From NCBI GenBank assembly GCA_021323675.1, contig JAJPKP010000070.1, positions 147,887 through 211,886 of the forward strand: DNA of 64,000 nucleotides, in the 5' to 3' direction. Both the position numbers and the translations under genes were made by a program. The notes below the pieces were generated by a model. That model ran no database searches and was not told the DNA's origin. It saw nothing but the letters and a program-made list of their open reading frames with translations. Shown piece after piece: positions 10,501-19,771 of the stretch (the first letter of the stretch is position 1; every line of letters begins with the position of its first letter). The DNA comes from Pseudomonadota bacterium. GTDB lineage: Bacteria > Desulfobacterota > Binatia > Binatales > Binataceae.

Positions 10501-11018
10501 TCGGCCGCATCGCGGCGCCGAAGCAGCCGGCGGACCGCCTCGCCCGGTCGGGCGAGAGCGCTTTCGAACCATTGATCGAAGGCGGCACCGAACATCGCGT
10601 CGGATGAATCTTCCGCGGCAACTTCGAACATCGGATCGACGCGCGCCTCGACCGGGCGCTCGCGCAGGAGATCGGAACAGAACGAATGAATCGTGCCGAT
10701 GCGCGCCTCTTCGAGCTGCGGCAGCGCGCGGTTGAGGCGCGCGCGCGAAGCTTCGTCGAGAGACAAATCCTTGCGCGCGTGTTCGATCTCCTCGCGCAGG
10801 CGAAGTTTGAGTTCTCCGGCGGCCTTTTCGGTGAAGGTCACCGCGACGATGCGCCCAAGCTCGGCGCGGCCCGAGGCGACCGTCGCGACGATGCGGCTTA
10901 CCAGGGCGCTGGTCTTGCCGGTGCCCGCGGCGGCTTCGATGATCATGGTCGAATCGAGATCGGACCGAATTCGATCGCGAACTTCCTGATCGGCGGGTTG
11001 GTGGGCCGCTACGTTCAT
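7560..11018 (-). CDS. addA: AddA-like helicase-nuclease (UvrD/Rep-type SF1 helicase with a C-terminal PD-(D/E)XK nuclease)
   Basis: The N-terminal Walker A is AAAGTGKT. UvrD-like helicase motifs run throughout. The protein is 1152 aa, and the C-terminal region is typical of the AddA nuclease domain. Its start overlaps the stop of the upstream addB-like gene. Confidence 0.8.
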   Translation of the reverse strand: MNVAAHQPADQEVRDRIRSDLDSTMIIEAAAGTGKTSALVSRIVATVASGRAELGRIVAVTFTEKAAGELKLRLREEIEHARKDLSLDEASRARLNRALPQLEEARIGTIHSFCSDLLRERPVEARVDPMFEVAAEDSSDAMFGAAFDQWFESALARPGEAVRRLLRRRDAADREGPRTILRNAARQLLEWRDFTTPWNPQPFDRDREIDALIAEVLSLGALAREAAPDDWLGKSLIEISRPVSEAVRLEPVRGRDYDALEAVLLRLPSGRRWSWKGFGDAIGGVDREEIFARREALRVRLERFRECAGANLAPELRRELWPVIDIYEGIKRRAGALDFLDLLLIARNLVRDHATVRAELQRRYTHIFVDEFQDTDPLQAEIIMLLAADDPGEHDWRKARPMPGKLLIVGDPKQSIYRFRRADVALYQDVKRRLVEAGAWLDYLTVSFRGTPALQQAINAAFAPLMSTDGPTHPAYAPLLPAREDCETQPALVALPVPAPYGDFGRVTEWRIEESLPDAIAAYARWLVNESGWTVTEREAPHRRVPIRPRHICILFRRLNSHGRDVTRPYLRALEARHLPHVLVKGGSFNEREEVEAVRNLLAAVERPDDDLVVFATLRGPIFALPDDLLLEFHEACKSLNLFRPLPDNLPERLAPVVRAREILRDLHRRRNRRPIAETIADALAQTRAYAGIAIWPTGDQALANLMRLMDQARRYETRSTATSFRGFVDELEERAERDEASETPLAEEGTEGVRIMTVHRAKGLEFPVVILADMTCKETVGEPGRYVDPERDLCALRLAGCSPRELLDQAESERRRDEEEAIRLLYVATTRARDLLVVPVVGDEQREGWVSRLNPVLYPVANAGRSPLSKQPPGCPEFGEDSVLVRPSRAPGRTKSVAPGLHRPAQGQHLVAWWDPSRLVLDVKEAMGLRQSKLLEADESGAASTRGKDLHEKWAQTRGATLGAGSRPSIVTNTATALAHAGRAIEGLADAEIGLEQTQHEPGRPGSAAFGQLVHETILRVPFDATDEQIRRIADHVARLTGADEAEAQAAAIAVERALASKIMRAAAASSRVHREYPILFRLGDSTLVEGIADLAFESATPGGSRWTIVDFKTDRDLASRLDQYRAQLRLYVEGIRKATGSEASGVILWI

Positions 11019-14000
11019 CGCATCGCGCGCAGCTTGCGCAAGTCCTTAAGCCGCCCCTCGGGCTTGATCGAGGCTCGCCTTTCTTCGTACGGACCGCATA
11101 CGCGGCGATAGTCGCACCACTGGCACTCGCCCGCCTCGGGGGCGGCCGGAAAAAAGCCCGATGTGAGGGCGGCCGAAAGAATCGACGCGAAATCACGCAG
11201 CGAGGCCCGTGATTCTTCGTCGATCGTTACAATTCGGTCCTCGTATCCGCCCGCCGCGGTGCAGTAGTAAAGCCGGCCGGCCTCGACCGGTGCGCCCAAC
11301 ATCTGTTCCGCGGCGAGCGCATAGATGACGGGCTGGAGAATCTTGCCGCCGCCGATTACGAAGCTCTTGTCGGCGCGCACCTTGCCAGTTTTATGGTCTG
11401 TCACGCGCAGCGCATGGCCCGGCGCGCTCTCCACCAGATCGATTGAGCCGCGAACCTTGAGCCCATCGAGCGCAATCGGCTGCGCCGAGCTTGCCGGGTC
11501 CGCCTGATCGCGATCCGGCAGGCCGAAAGCCAACTCGAAACGTTCGGGTTTCCATCGCGCGGGATCTTCGGCGGCTCGGCGGAGCCATTCACGCAGGTCG
11601 GCGCGAATCTCTTCCACGCCGTCGAGCCATACGCGTTCGATCGCGGGCGCCAGCTCTTCGCGCCATTTCGTCGCGACCAGGTCGAGTTTTTCGTCAAGAA
11701 CTTTTTCGCCGCGCGCCAGCGTGTGAGCATCGAGCGGCAGAAGTCCGGCCGCGCGCAGGGCGCATAGAACTTCATACTGCACTTCGTGGAACATTCCGCC
11801 GCGGGTCAGGGGATCGATCATCTCGATCGCCTCGGGTTCCTCGCGCGGCTCGAGACGATGGATGGCCTGGAGCAGGAATCGATACGGACATGCGCCGAAA
11901 TGCTGCAGCGCGGTTGGCGAATAGGATCGCGCGGAGAGCTGATGGCGTTCCAGGACCGCGAGCGTAGGGGCCTCCGGGTCGACCAGCCCGTCTGCCGGCG
12001 TCCATCGCTTGAGCCATCGGCGCGCCCGGGCGCGCAGCGCTCGTCCCAGGTATTCGTTCGCATCCAGCAGGTAGCGAGCGGCGCCGCGAGTGGTTTCCGG
12101 GTCGGCATCGACCACCTTTTCCAGCACCGCAAGATCGAATTCGGCCTCGTCGATAGCGTCTTCCGGCGATGCCGGCGCGGGCCATCCCAGCCGGATTGCC
12201 TGCTCGCACGCGGCGCGGCGAGCAAGCTCGTCGAAGCCGGGGAGCCGCCCTTCGGCGGCGCGCAGGATTTCGAGCGCATAGAAGGAGGGCACGCGCGGGC
12301 GGCCTTGATCGAGGTCGATGCGGGGATAGGAAAACATCACGCGCCGCTCCGCCGCTCCCGCGGCAATTCGCAGCGCCAGCCGCTCCGCTGACACCCGATT
12401 TTCGGTGCGCTTCAAGGCGGCGCTCACCGCGGAGCGCGCGGCGTCGGGCAGGATGGGGTCTTCGATGAGCTTTTGCGGAAACACCCGCTCGGCAAGGCCG
12501 GGGACGATCACGACCTCGAATGACAATCCGCGCGCGCGATGCGGTGGCGCCACCATCACCGCTCCGTATCGTCGCGGCTCGGGCGGGTCTTCCAGGCGCG
12601 AGAGCCGCTCCGCCAGCACCATCCGCACCTCGTCGAGACCGACCGGGCCTACCGGGGCCATCGGCTCGAGCTCGGCCAGAGTCGCGAGGACGGCTGCGCG
12701 ATCGCGAATGGCGCGGGCGACAATGCCGCGCAGGTGATGAAGCCATTCTCCCCACGAGGCGCTGGCCGGCAGAGCGGCCAGCATCGCGATATGTTCCAGT
12801 GCCACGCGCCTCAGGTCCTGAAGGTCGGCGAGTTGGCGTTCAAGCGCCTCGATGCCTTCCTTCTTTTCCAGCGCCTCGCGGCGGCGGCGCAACTCGTTCT
12901 CGAGGCCATCAAGGCGCCGTTTCCATCTGTCCGCGCTGCCGATGACCGCCGCATCGACGATAATCTTCTCCCATCGCCATGGCGCGCGGACCGGGCGCTC
13001 CGCCGCTTCCAGATCATCGCCGGCAGCGGCGTCTTCTTTTGTTTCGAGGTCAGGAGCAAGGCTCAACGCCAGCAATTCATCCGGGGTATGAATTCCGTCC
13101 GGCTCCGCGGAAGATTCTTCCATCGGCACTTGCGCGAGAGAGAGATATTCGGAGTAGCGGCGCGCGGACAGGTCTTCGGCTTTGCACGCAAGCAGGGCGA
13201 GCAGCGCGCGGCCCCCGGGCCGCGGACGGCGCGCTTCACGCGAAAAATGCGCGGGAATTTTGGCGCGCGCAAGCGCCTCCTGCAGATAGGGAACGTAGCG
13301 AACCGGATCGCGGAGCAGCACGGCAATTCGATCGAAACGGACGCCGGCGGCGGCTTCGCGCAAAATCTTGCGCGCGATTTCCACGCATTCGTGCATCTCG
13401 CCCGGCGCGGAAGTTACCGTCACCGTTTCATCCAGCGGCCGCTCGGGCGGGTTGGTATCGGAGAACAGATGACGCTGCAGGGAATCAAGCGAAGTCTCGT
13501 CCGCCGCATCCCTGCGGTTCAAGTCCTCGATCGCGACCCCCAGCGCTCGCGACAGCATGCCGGCGGTGCGTTCATCTCCCGTCGGCACAGTTGCCATGAA
13601 ACTCGGCGCGTGTCCGGCCAGAGCCGCGGCCAGTTCGCATTCGCGAGCCGTCTCGACCGGAACGTCCAGCAAAAGTGTGGGAATGCCGACGAAACGCGAT
13701 CCGGCGCGGGCGGCTTCCACGGCGATCGCCAGCATCCCGGCCCGATCGATCAGGCGCGCCGCGGCCAGTTCCTCGTTGAATCGCTCCAGCAGGGCGGCCA
13801 GCTCCGTTCCCGCTTCGCCGGTTTGCCCGAGTGCGGCCGCGTCCACGCCTTCGAGCCGCAACTCGGCGATGGTGCGAGCGAGGGCATCGGCAAACCCCGG
13901 ACGATCGACTACCGGAGCGAAGTGCTTCAGCCTGTTCAGCGGCGTGAGATGGAAAACGGCGCGCGCCGCGATGGCCTGGGCAGCGAGACCGGTTGCGGGC

Positions 14001-14248
14001 GCCAGGCCCGCGGCCGCCATCGCATCCGCCGCGAGCAGGCCCAACAGGCGATTGAATGTAAGCCGATGGATTCCGGCGAGAGCCCCGCGAGACAAGGCGA
14101 GATCGCGAACGAGATCGTCCGCGGCCTCGCGCGACGAAGCGACCACCAAAACTTCAGCGGATGGCTTGGCCGCCGCAAGCCAATCGCGAGCGGCTGCAAT
14201 TCGGTCAGCCGCGCGATTGGCGCGAATTATCTGAAGAGACAAAGGCAT
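11015..14248 (-). CDS. addB: AddB-like PD-(D/E)XK nuclease/helicase-like subunit with a C-terminal Fe-S Cys cluster
   Basis: The protein is about 1078 aa. The C-terminal CQWCDYRRVC cluster is typical of AddB-type nuclease domains. It lies upstream of addA and overlaps it in the classical addB-addA order. The ATG at 14248 is preferred over the TTG at 14293. Confidence 0.75.
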   Translation of the reverse strand: MPLSLQIIRANRAADRIAAARDWLAAAKPSAEVLVVASSREAADDLVRDLALSRGALAGIHRLTFNRLLGLLAADAMAAAGLAPATGLAAQAIAARAVFHLTPLNRLKHFAPVVDRPGFADALARTIAELRLEGVDAAALGQTGEAGTELAALLERFNEELAAARLIDRAGMLAIAVEAARAGSRFVGIPTLLLDVPVETARECELAAALAGHAPSFMATVPTGDERTAGMLSRALGVAIEDLNRRDAADETSLDSLQRHLFSDTNPPERPLDETVTVTSAPGEMHECVEIARKILREAAAGVRFDRIAVLLRDPVRYVPYLQEALARAKIPAHFSREARRPRPGGRALLALLACKAEDLSARRYSEYLSLAQVPMEESSAEPDGIHTPDELLALSLAPDLETKEDAAAGDDLEAAERPVRAPWRWEKIIVDAAVIGSADRWKRRLDGLENELRRRREALEKKEGIEALERQLADLQDLRRVALEHIAMLAALPASASWGEWLHHLRGIVARAIRDRAAVLATLAELEPMAPVGPVGLDEVRMVLAERLSRLEDPPEPRRYGAVMVAPPHRARGLSFEVVIVPGLAERVFPQKLIEDPILPDAARSAVSAALKRTENRVSAERLALRIAAGAAERRVMFSYPRIDLDQGRPRVPSFYALEILRAAEGRLPGFDELARRAACEQAIRLGWPAPASPEDAIDEAEFDLAVLEKVVDADPETTRGAARYLLDANEYLGRALRARARRWLKRWTPADGLVDPEAPTLAVLERHQLSARSYSPTALQHFGACPYRFLLQAIHRLEPREEPEAIEMIDPLTRGGMFHEVQYEVLCALRAAGLLPLDAHTLARGEKVLDEKLDLVATKWREELAPAIERVWLDGVEEIRADLREWLRRAAEDPARWKPERFELAFGLPDRDQADPASSAQPIALDGLKVRGSIDLVESAPGHALRVTDHKTGKVRADKSFVIGGGKILQPVIYALAAEQMLGAPVEAGRLYYCTAAGGYEDRIVTIDEESRASLRDFASILSAALTSGFFPAAPEAGECQWCDYRRVCGPYEERRASIKPEGRLKDLRKLRAMR

Positions 14249-14345
14249 CAAGCGACAGAGACATATCGTCCGCCCGGCCGCGCCGGGCAGCAAGAGCGCT
14301 CATCCGATGATGTCCACATCGCGCCGCTGCCATCATCGAAAGGCG

Positions 14346-15185
14346 CTAGCTCTCGATCACGACGGGGTCGCCGAGCCGGATAGTTCCCGCGGCGCCGACC
14401 TGCGCGAAGAGCCCGACGTTAACGCGATGATGCTGAGCGGCGGTGCGCAGCACGGCGTAGTCGCGCGGCAGATCGTCCTGGGGATGGGTGGTCATTACGC
14501 AGCGCAATGCGGCGCGAGGTTTGATGATCTTGAGGTCTTTGCCGATCGCGATCGTCGCTTCTTCCCATTCATCCTCGACGAAATGATCGGCGCCAAGCCC
14601 GGTATCGACGAAGATATTCGCGCGAAAACGCCGCGGGTCGAAGATCGATCCGGGGGCCAGCTTCGCCATATGGCGCAGGGTGCCGCTCGCCACGATGTGC
14701 ATTGGCGCCGAGTCGAAGAAGGTGCCAGGTGCGAGTCCGAAGTCGGGCGGCATGGTATCGGCCGTCAGTCCGGGAATCACTTTCTCCACGGGCACATCGG
14801 CAAACACGGTCTTTGGATCGATGCCGGCGCGCTCTCTGCCGGCCGCGTCGCAGCGCTCGATCCTGACCTTGGAACCCAGCGCGGCCCCGATCGCTTCCGG
14901 CGCATCGGGGTCTTCCGCCTGGATCCGCCTTCCATCCGGGAGTTTTATAAGAACGGGCATAAAGCTCCCGGCCAAGGGCGGATGCTCATATGCGGCGCGA
15001 AACCCGAACATCGCGGGAAACTTCTTGGCGCTGACGATTCGACCAGTCGCCAATTCGCGAAGCGCGTAGGCGCGATCGCCAACCGCCCCTCGAAGGCCGA
15101 CTTCCATTTCGGCGATTTGCTCGCCGAGCATCGACTTAACCGGGTAACGCCAGAGCCCGGCGACTATTCCGACCTGCCGTCGCAT
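14346..15185 (-). CDS. MOSC-domain protein (N-terminal MOSC beta-barrel plus MOSC domain)
   Basis: VGIVAGLWRYPVKSMLGE is the MOSC N-terminal beta-barrel signature. The ATG at 15185 is in-frame inside the longer track ORF. Confidence 0.75.
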   Translation of the reverse strand: MRRQVGIVAGLWRYPVKSMLGEQIAEMEVGLRGAVGDRAYALRELATGRIVSAKKFPAMFGFRAAYEHPPLAGSFMPVLIKLPDGRRIQAEDPDAPEAIGAALGSKVRIERCDAAGRERAGIDPKTVFADVPVEKVIPGLTADTMPPDFGLAPGTFFDSAPMHIVASGTLRHMAKLAPGSIFDPRRFRANIFVDTGLGADHFVEDEWEEATIAIGKDLKIIKPRAALRCVMTTHPQDDLPRDYAVLRTAAQHHRVNVGLFAQVGAAGTIRLGDPVVIES

Positions 15186-15297
15186 CGAATCTCTCCGTTT
15201 CTCCGCCCGCGAAGGGGCGGCCTTCGACCTGCTTGACGGGCAATGCCCGCGCGCGCTGCCGCGAAGATTATCATGGTCGAAGCGCCGCCGCAGGCGC

Positions 15298-15819
15298 TTA
15301 CGAGAAGGCCGCCAGCGTTCGGTTGAAGGTTTCGAGCGCCGGCGCATCGAACAGTACGAACTCTACCCGTTCCAGAGAAGTCGTCCCGCTCAGGTGATCG
15401 CGAACTTCTTCCAGCATCACTTCGGCGCATCGATTCATAGGGAAACCGGCAATTCCGGTGCCTACAGCGGGAAAAGCGATCGAGCGCAGCTTGTTTTCCT
15501 TTGCGCGCAGGAGAGAGTTGCGGGTCGAGGCGCGCAGATTTTCCTCCGTGGTTCGCCCGCCCAGGCGCATGCTCGCGGCGTGAATCACGTACCGGGCGCG
15601 AAGGTTGCCGGCAGTCGTGATTGCGGCCTCGCCAAGCGGAACCGGGCCGATTCGGTCGCATTCCTCCTGGATCGCCGGGCCGCCTTTTCTGCGGATTGCG
15701 CCGGCGACGCCGCCGCCGAGTTGCAAATCGTTGTTGGCGGCGTTGACGATGGCGTCAGTTGCCGCTTCGGTCAAATCGCCCTGGCGTACGATGACCTTGT
15801 CGCGCCATCCGGTGGACAT
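15298..15819 (-). CDS. Macro-domain protein (ADP-ribose / O-acetyl-ADP-ribose processing, YmdB-like)
   Basis: It carries AIVNAANNDLQLGGGVAGAI...VIHAASMRLGG...FPAVGTGIAGFP. Confidence 0.85.
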   Translation of the reverse strand: MSTGWRDKVIVRQGDLTEAATDAIVNAANNDLQLGGGVAGAIRRKGGPAIQEECDRIGPVPLGEAAITTAGNLRARYVIHAASMRLGGRTTEENLRASTRNSLLRAKENKLRSIAFPAVGTGIAGFPMNRCAEVMLEEVRDHLSGTTSLERVEFVLFDAPALETFNRTLAAFS

Positions 15820-15875
15820 GACACACCTCCCGCTCTGAACGGCTCAGCCATCTGGTATTATCTGACCTATCCGCG

Positions 15876-17450
15876 ATGATCCAAAGACCCGTGGGGGCGA
15901 GGATGGGGAGAGGCAGGCGCGCGGTTGGCGTGTTGATGCTGTGGGCCGCCGCGATCGGATGCGGGCGGCCGGCGCCGCCGCCGTCGCGGTACCTGCAGGT
16001 CGATATTGAGACTTCGCCGACCGCGACCGATCCGCGTTTCGCAACCGACGCGGTCTCCTCGCGCATCAACGAGCTGATCTTCGACTCGCTGGTGAAGGTG
16101 GACCGCAACGGCCGGTTCGTTGGCGATCTCGCCGAAAGCATCGAGCGTCCCGACGACACGCATATAATCTTCCATCTCAAGTCCGGGGTCCGATTCAGCG
16201 ATGGGCGCGAACTCGCCTCGCGCGATGTCAAATTCACCTACGATTCGGTTCGCGATCCTTCGTCAGCATCGCCCAAGCGCGCCGGCCTCGAACAACTCAA
16301 ATCGCTGGAGACGCCGGACGAGCGCACGGTGGTAATTACGACGGTGCGTCCCTATGCGCCGGTGATGGAGATGGCAACGTACGGGATCGTGCCGGCAGGA
16401 ACACCCTTGCCCCGCAAGAGCATCGCGCTCGCGCCGCCCGGCACGGGTGCGTTCCGGATGACGCGGTATGTGCGCGACGATTCTGTCTGGCTGGAGCGAA
16501 ACCCGTACCGGCCGGCCGGACCCGAAATGCCGCGCGGGATCTTGTTCAAGATCGTGCCGGACCCGACGGTGCGCGCGCTCGAACTGGCGGAGGGAATCTG
16601 CGACGTCGCTCCCAATAACATCGAGGCGGAAGTCATTCCGTACCTGATCGCGCGGTCCGACCTCGTCGTCAACGAGGCGCCGGGAGACACATATCAGTAC
16701 CTGATGTTCAACTTTCGCAACCGCGACCTGAGCGATCTTCGCGTGCGGCGCGCGATTGCGTATGCGATCGATCGCAGGGCGATCGCCGATTCATTTCTGC
16801 GCGGCACCGCGCGCATTGCCACCGGTATGATCGCGCCCGAGAACTGGGCATATGAAGGCGCGGTGACCACCTATGATTTCAATCCGGCGAAGTCAGGGCA
16901 GCTCCTCGATGAAGCGGGCTATCGCGCCGGAGACGACGGGATGCGCGATCTCAAGCTCATCTACAAAACCACGCCGGAGGGAGGGCGGCTTGCCGAGGTG
17001 ATACAGGCGATGCTGCGGCGGGTCGGAATTCGAGTCGAGATTCGCAGCAATGAGTGGGCGACGTTCCTGAGCGACCTCAATAGCGGCAACTTCGATCTTG
17101 CCTCGATGCGATGGATCGGAATTAACGATCCCAACCACTACTACCTGGTGTTCGATTCCCGGATGACGCCGCCGATCGGGCTGAACCGTGGTCGCTACAA
17201 CAACGCCGCCATGGACCTCCTCGTCGAAGAGGGCATGCGGACGATCGATCCCATCAGGCGGCGCGCGATCTACGCGAAGGTTCAGCAGCTTGCCGCGGAA
17301 GACCTTCCCTACGTGTCGCTCTGGTGGCTCAACAATGTGACCGTGCTGAATCGCGAAGTGGCCGGGTTCGAGCCGTATCCCAACGGGAGCCTGCGATCGC
17401 TTGCCAGCGTGAGGATCGTGGGCCGCTCCGGCGCGGAGACGTCGCAGTGA
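15876..17450 (+). CDS. ABC transporter substrate-binding protein of family 5 (Dpp/Opp-like)
   Basis: It has a signal peptide and the SBP_bac_5 architecture. Confidence 0.85.
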   Translation: MIQRPVGARMGRGRRAVGVLMLWAAAIGCGRPAPPPSRYLQVDIETSPTATDPRFATDAVSSRINELIFDSLVKVDRNGRFVGDLAESIERPDDTHIIFHLKSGVRFSDGRELASRDVKFTYDSVRDPSSASPKRAGLEQLKSLETPDERTVVITTVRPYAPVMEMATYGIVPAGTPLPRKSIALAPPGTGAFRMTRYVRDDSVWLERNPYRPAGPEMPRGILFKIVPDPTVRALELAEGICDVAPNNIEAEVIPYLIARSDLVVNEAPGDTYQYLMFNFRNRDLSDLRVRRAIAYAIDRRAIADSFLRGTARIATGMIAPENWAYEGAVTTYDFNPAKSGQLLDEAGYRAGDDGMRDLKLIYKTTPEGGRLAEVIQAMLRRVGIRVEIRSNEWATFLSDLNSGNFDLASMRWIGINDPNHYYLVFDSRMTPPIGLNRGRYNNAAMDLLVEEGMRTIDPIRRRAIYAKVQQLAAEDLPYVSLWWLNNVTVLNREVAGFEPYPNGSLRSLASVRIVGRSGAETSQ

Positions 17451-18367
17451 TGCGCTACCTTCTGCGAAGGTTGGGCACGCTCGTGCCGGTGGCTATCGGC
17501 GTCGCAACGCTTACGTTTGCGATGATCCACCTTGTGCCCGGCGATCCGGTGGTGGCGATGCTCGGGGAGACCGCGGCGCCGGCCGACGTCGCCGGCCTGC
17601 GCCATCAGCTCGGATTGGACCGTCCGATCGGCGAGCAATATGTGGATTTCCTGGCGGGCCTGATGCGCGGGAATCTCGGCGAGTCGATTTCGTATCATCG
17701 ACCGGTTGCCGGACTGATCGCGGAACGCTTTCCCGCCACCCTGGAATTGACCATCGCGGGACTCGTGGTTGGTGTGCTGGTCGCTTTTCCGCTTGGAATT
17801 GTCTCTGGCGCGAATCCTGGCGGTCCTGCCGACCTGGGTGCGATGGGATTCGCGATCCTCGGGATATCCATTCCCCATATCTACCTCGGGCCGCTGCTGA
17901 TGATCGTGTTCTCGCTCGACCTGCGATGGTTTCCGCTGACAGGGCGCGGCGGCCTGGCGCATCTGGTGCTGCCCGCCGTGACGCTCGGAACCGCGCTTGC
18001 CGCGGTAATCGCGCGGATGCTCCGCCAGAGCCTGGTTGTGGTTCGCGAAAGCGACTATATGCGCACCGCGCGGAGCAAAGGACGCGGCGCGATGGCGGCG
18101 CTGCTCATCCATGGACTTCGTAATGCGATGACCTCGGTCGTGACGCTGGTCGGCCTGCAGGCGGGCGCTCTGCTCACCGGCGCATTGATCACCGAAATGA
18201 TCTTTTCCTGGCCCGGGATCGGACGCTTGCTGATTGGCGCGATTGGCGCGCGTGACTACCCGCTGGTTGAAGGATGCGTTCTCACGTTCGCGTTCACTTA
18301 CGTAGTCGTGAACATGGCAACCGATCTGCTGTATGGGATCGTCGATCCGCGCGTGAGGCTCGAATGA
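17450..18367 (+). CDS. ABC transporter permease (DppB/OppB-like)
   Basis: The N-terminus is MRYLLRRLGTLVPVAIGVATLTFAMIHLVPGDP, as in DppB. It has six TM helices. Its ATG overlaps the stop of the substrate-binding-protein gene. Confidence 0.85.
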   Translation: MRYLLRRLGTLVPVAIGVATLTFAMIHLVPGDPVVAMLGETAAPADVAGLRHQLGLDRPIGEQYVDFLAGLMRGNLGESISYHRPVAGLIAERFPATLELTIAGLVVGVLVAFPLGIVSGANPGGPADLGAMGFAILGISIPHIYLGPLLMIVFSLDLRWFPLTGRGGLAHLVLPAVTLGTALAAVIARMLRQSLVVVRESDYMRTARSKGRGAMAALLIHGLRNAMTSVVTLVGLQAGALLTGALITEMIFSWPGIGRLLIGAIGARDYPLVEGCVLTFAFTYVVVNMATDLLYGIVDPRVRLE

Positions 18368-19176
18368 AAGGGATGGCGCGCAATCCGTCCCTGACCGTCG
18401 GAACGGCGATTGTCGCGATGCTGCTGCTGGTGGCAGCCTTGGGACCTCTGGCCGCGCGGTCGGACCCGACTGCGATCAATCTTGCCGAGTCCCTCGCGCG
18501 CCCCGGCATCGGGCATCCCTTCGGATGCGACGCGCTCGGGCGCGACGTATTCGCGCGGGTGATGTACGGCGCGCGGCTTTCGCTCGGCGTTTCGCTCTCA
18601 GTGGTCGCGCTTTCGCTTGTCGTCGGCAGCCTGGTCGGCGCCATCGCGGGACTTGCGGGCGGATGGATTGACGAGACGATCATGCGTGCCGTGGATATCG
18701 TGCTCGCGTTTCCCGGAATTCTGCTGGCGATTGCGCTGGCCGCGATCCTGGGCCCGGGAATAGTCGATCTGATCGTCGCGCTGTCGGCGATGGGATGGAC
18801 TACCTATGCGCGATTGGTGCGTGGGGAACTTCTGTCATTGCGCGAGCGCGATTACGTGCAGGCCGCGCATGTCCTCGGCGCGTCCCCGTCGCGGGTCGTG
18901 ATTCGCCATTTGCTGCCCGCGGTCGCGGGCCCGATGGCGGTGCAGGCGACATTCGGCGTCGGCGGCATCGTCGCGGCCGAAGCCGCCTTGTCGTTTCTCG
19001 GCCTGGGAGCGATGCCGCCGACGCCGAGCTGGGGCAACATGCTCGATGCGGGCCGGGCGTTCATGCTGGTCGCGCCATACCTGACGATGGCGCCGGGAAT
19101 TGCGATCGGCGTGACGATTCTCGGGTTCAATCTGCTCGGCGACGGCTTGGCGCAACTGGCGGGCACGCGCTCATGA
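18364..19176 (+). CDS. ABC transporter permease (DppC/OppC-like)
   Basis: It has the DppC-type permease fold. There is an ATGA overlap with the upstream permease gene. Confidence 0.85.
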   Translation: MKGMARNPSLTVGTAIVAMLLLVAALGPLAARSDPTAINLAESLARPGIGHPFGCDALGRDVFARVMYGARLSLGVSLSVVALSLVVGSLVGAIAGLAGGWIDETIMRAVDIVLAFPGILLAIALAAILGPGIVDLIVALSAMGWTTYARLVRGELLSLRERDYVQAAHVLGASPSRVVIRHLLPAVAGPMAVQATFGVGGIVAAEAALSFLGLGAMPPTPSWGNMLDAGRAFMLVAPYLTMAPGIAIGVTILGFNLLGDGLAQLAGTRS

Positions 19177-19216
19177 GGGAAGAGGATTTCGGAGAGACGC
19201 TCGGGACGGCGAAATG

Positions 19217-19642
19217 TCACCGCACGCCCAGGGTGCCGTCTTCGCGCAAGGGAGAATGAGGATTGAAAACCACCTCCCAGAGAAATCCATCCGGGTCCGC
19301 GAAGTAACCGCTGTGACCGCCCCAGCTCGCGGTTTGCGCGCTCTTGACGATCCTTGCTCCCGCCCCCTCCGCCTCTTTCAGGATCTGGTCAACCTGTTCA
19401 GGCCTGGCAACGTTGTGCGCAAGCGTAAAGCTTCGGAATCCTGAACCTTCGCCGGCAACCGCCGCATCCGCGGCGAGATCGTCCCGGGGAAACAGGGCAA
19501 GCAGAGTGCCGCGAGTCAGGAAAAACGCGATTTCATCCGACGAGCTTTTCGCAATTGGAAGATGCAAGCCGTCACGATAAAACTCGACGGAACGCTTCAA
19601 ATCCGAAACCCCCAGCGTGATTACCGTGATTACAGGTTCCAT
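19217..19642 (-). CDS. VOC/glyoxalase-family protein
   Basis: The protein is 141 aa with the glyoxalase/bleomycin-resistance fold. It is convergent with the permease gene. Confidence 0.75.
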   Translation of the reverse strand: MEPVITVITLGVSDLKRSVEFYRDGLHLPIAKSSSDEIAFFLTRGTLLALFPRDDLAADAAVAGEGSGFRSFTLAHNVARPEQVDQILKEAEGAGARIVKSAQTASWGGHSGYFADPDGFLWEVVFNPHSPLREDGTLGVR

Positions 19643-19771
19643 GCGCGCAGTTTATGGTCGAGGCTGGCTTCCGCCAAGCCGGGCGCTGGCCTAACGCTGG
19701 TTAGGCATAATCTTGCCGATGTGATAAACGGATCGCGACGGCCTTAAACGACTGTTCAAGGGAGACCGACG

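Noticed and set aside
12539-14383. A 614-aa plus-strand ORF antisense to addB. Similar antisense ORFs include 8739..9800, 9837..10607, 10330..11196 and 11772..12755.
   Set aside because: They are antisense or off-frame shadows within the addBA coding region. Their composition is R/A/G-dominated with no motifs.
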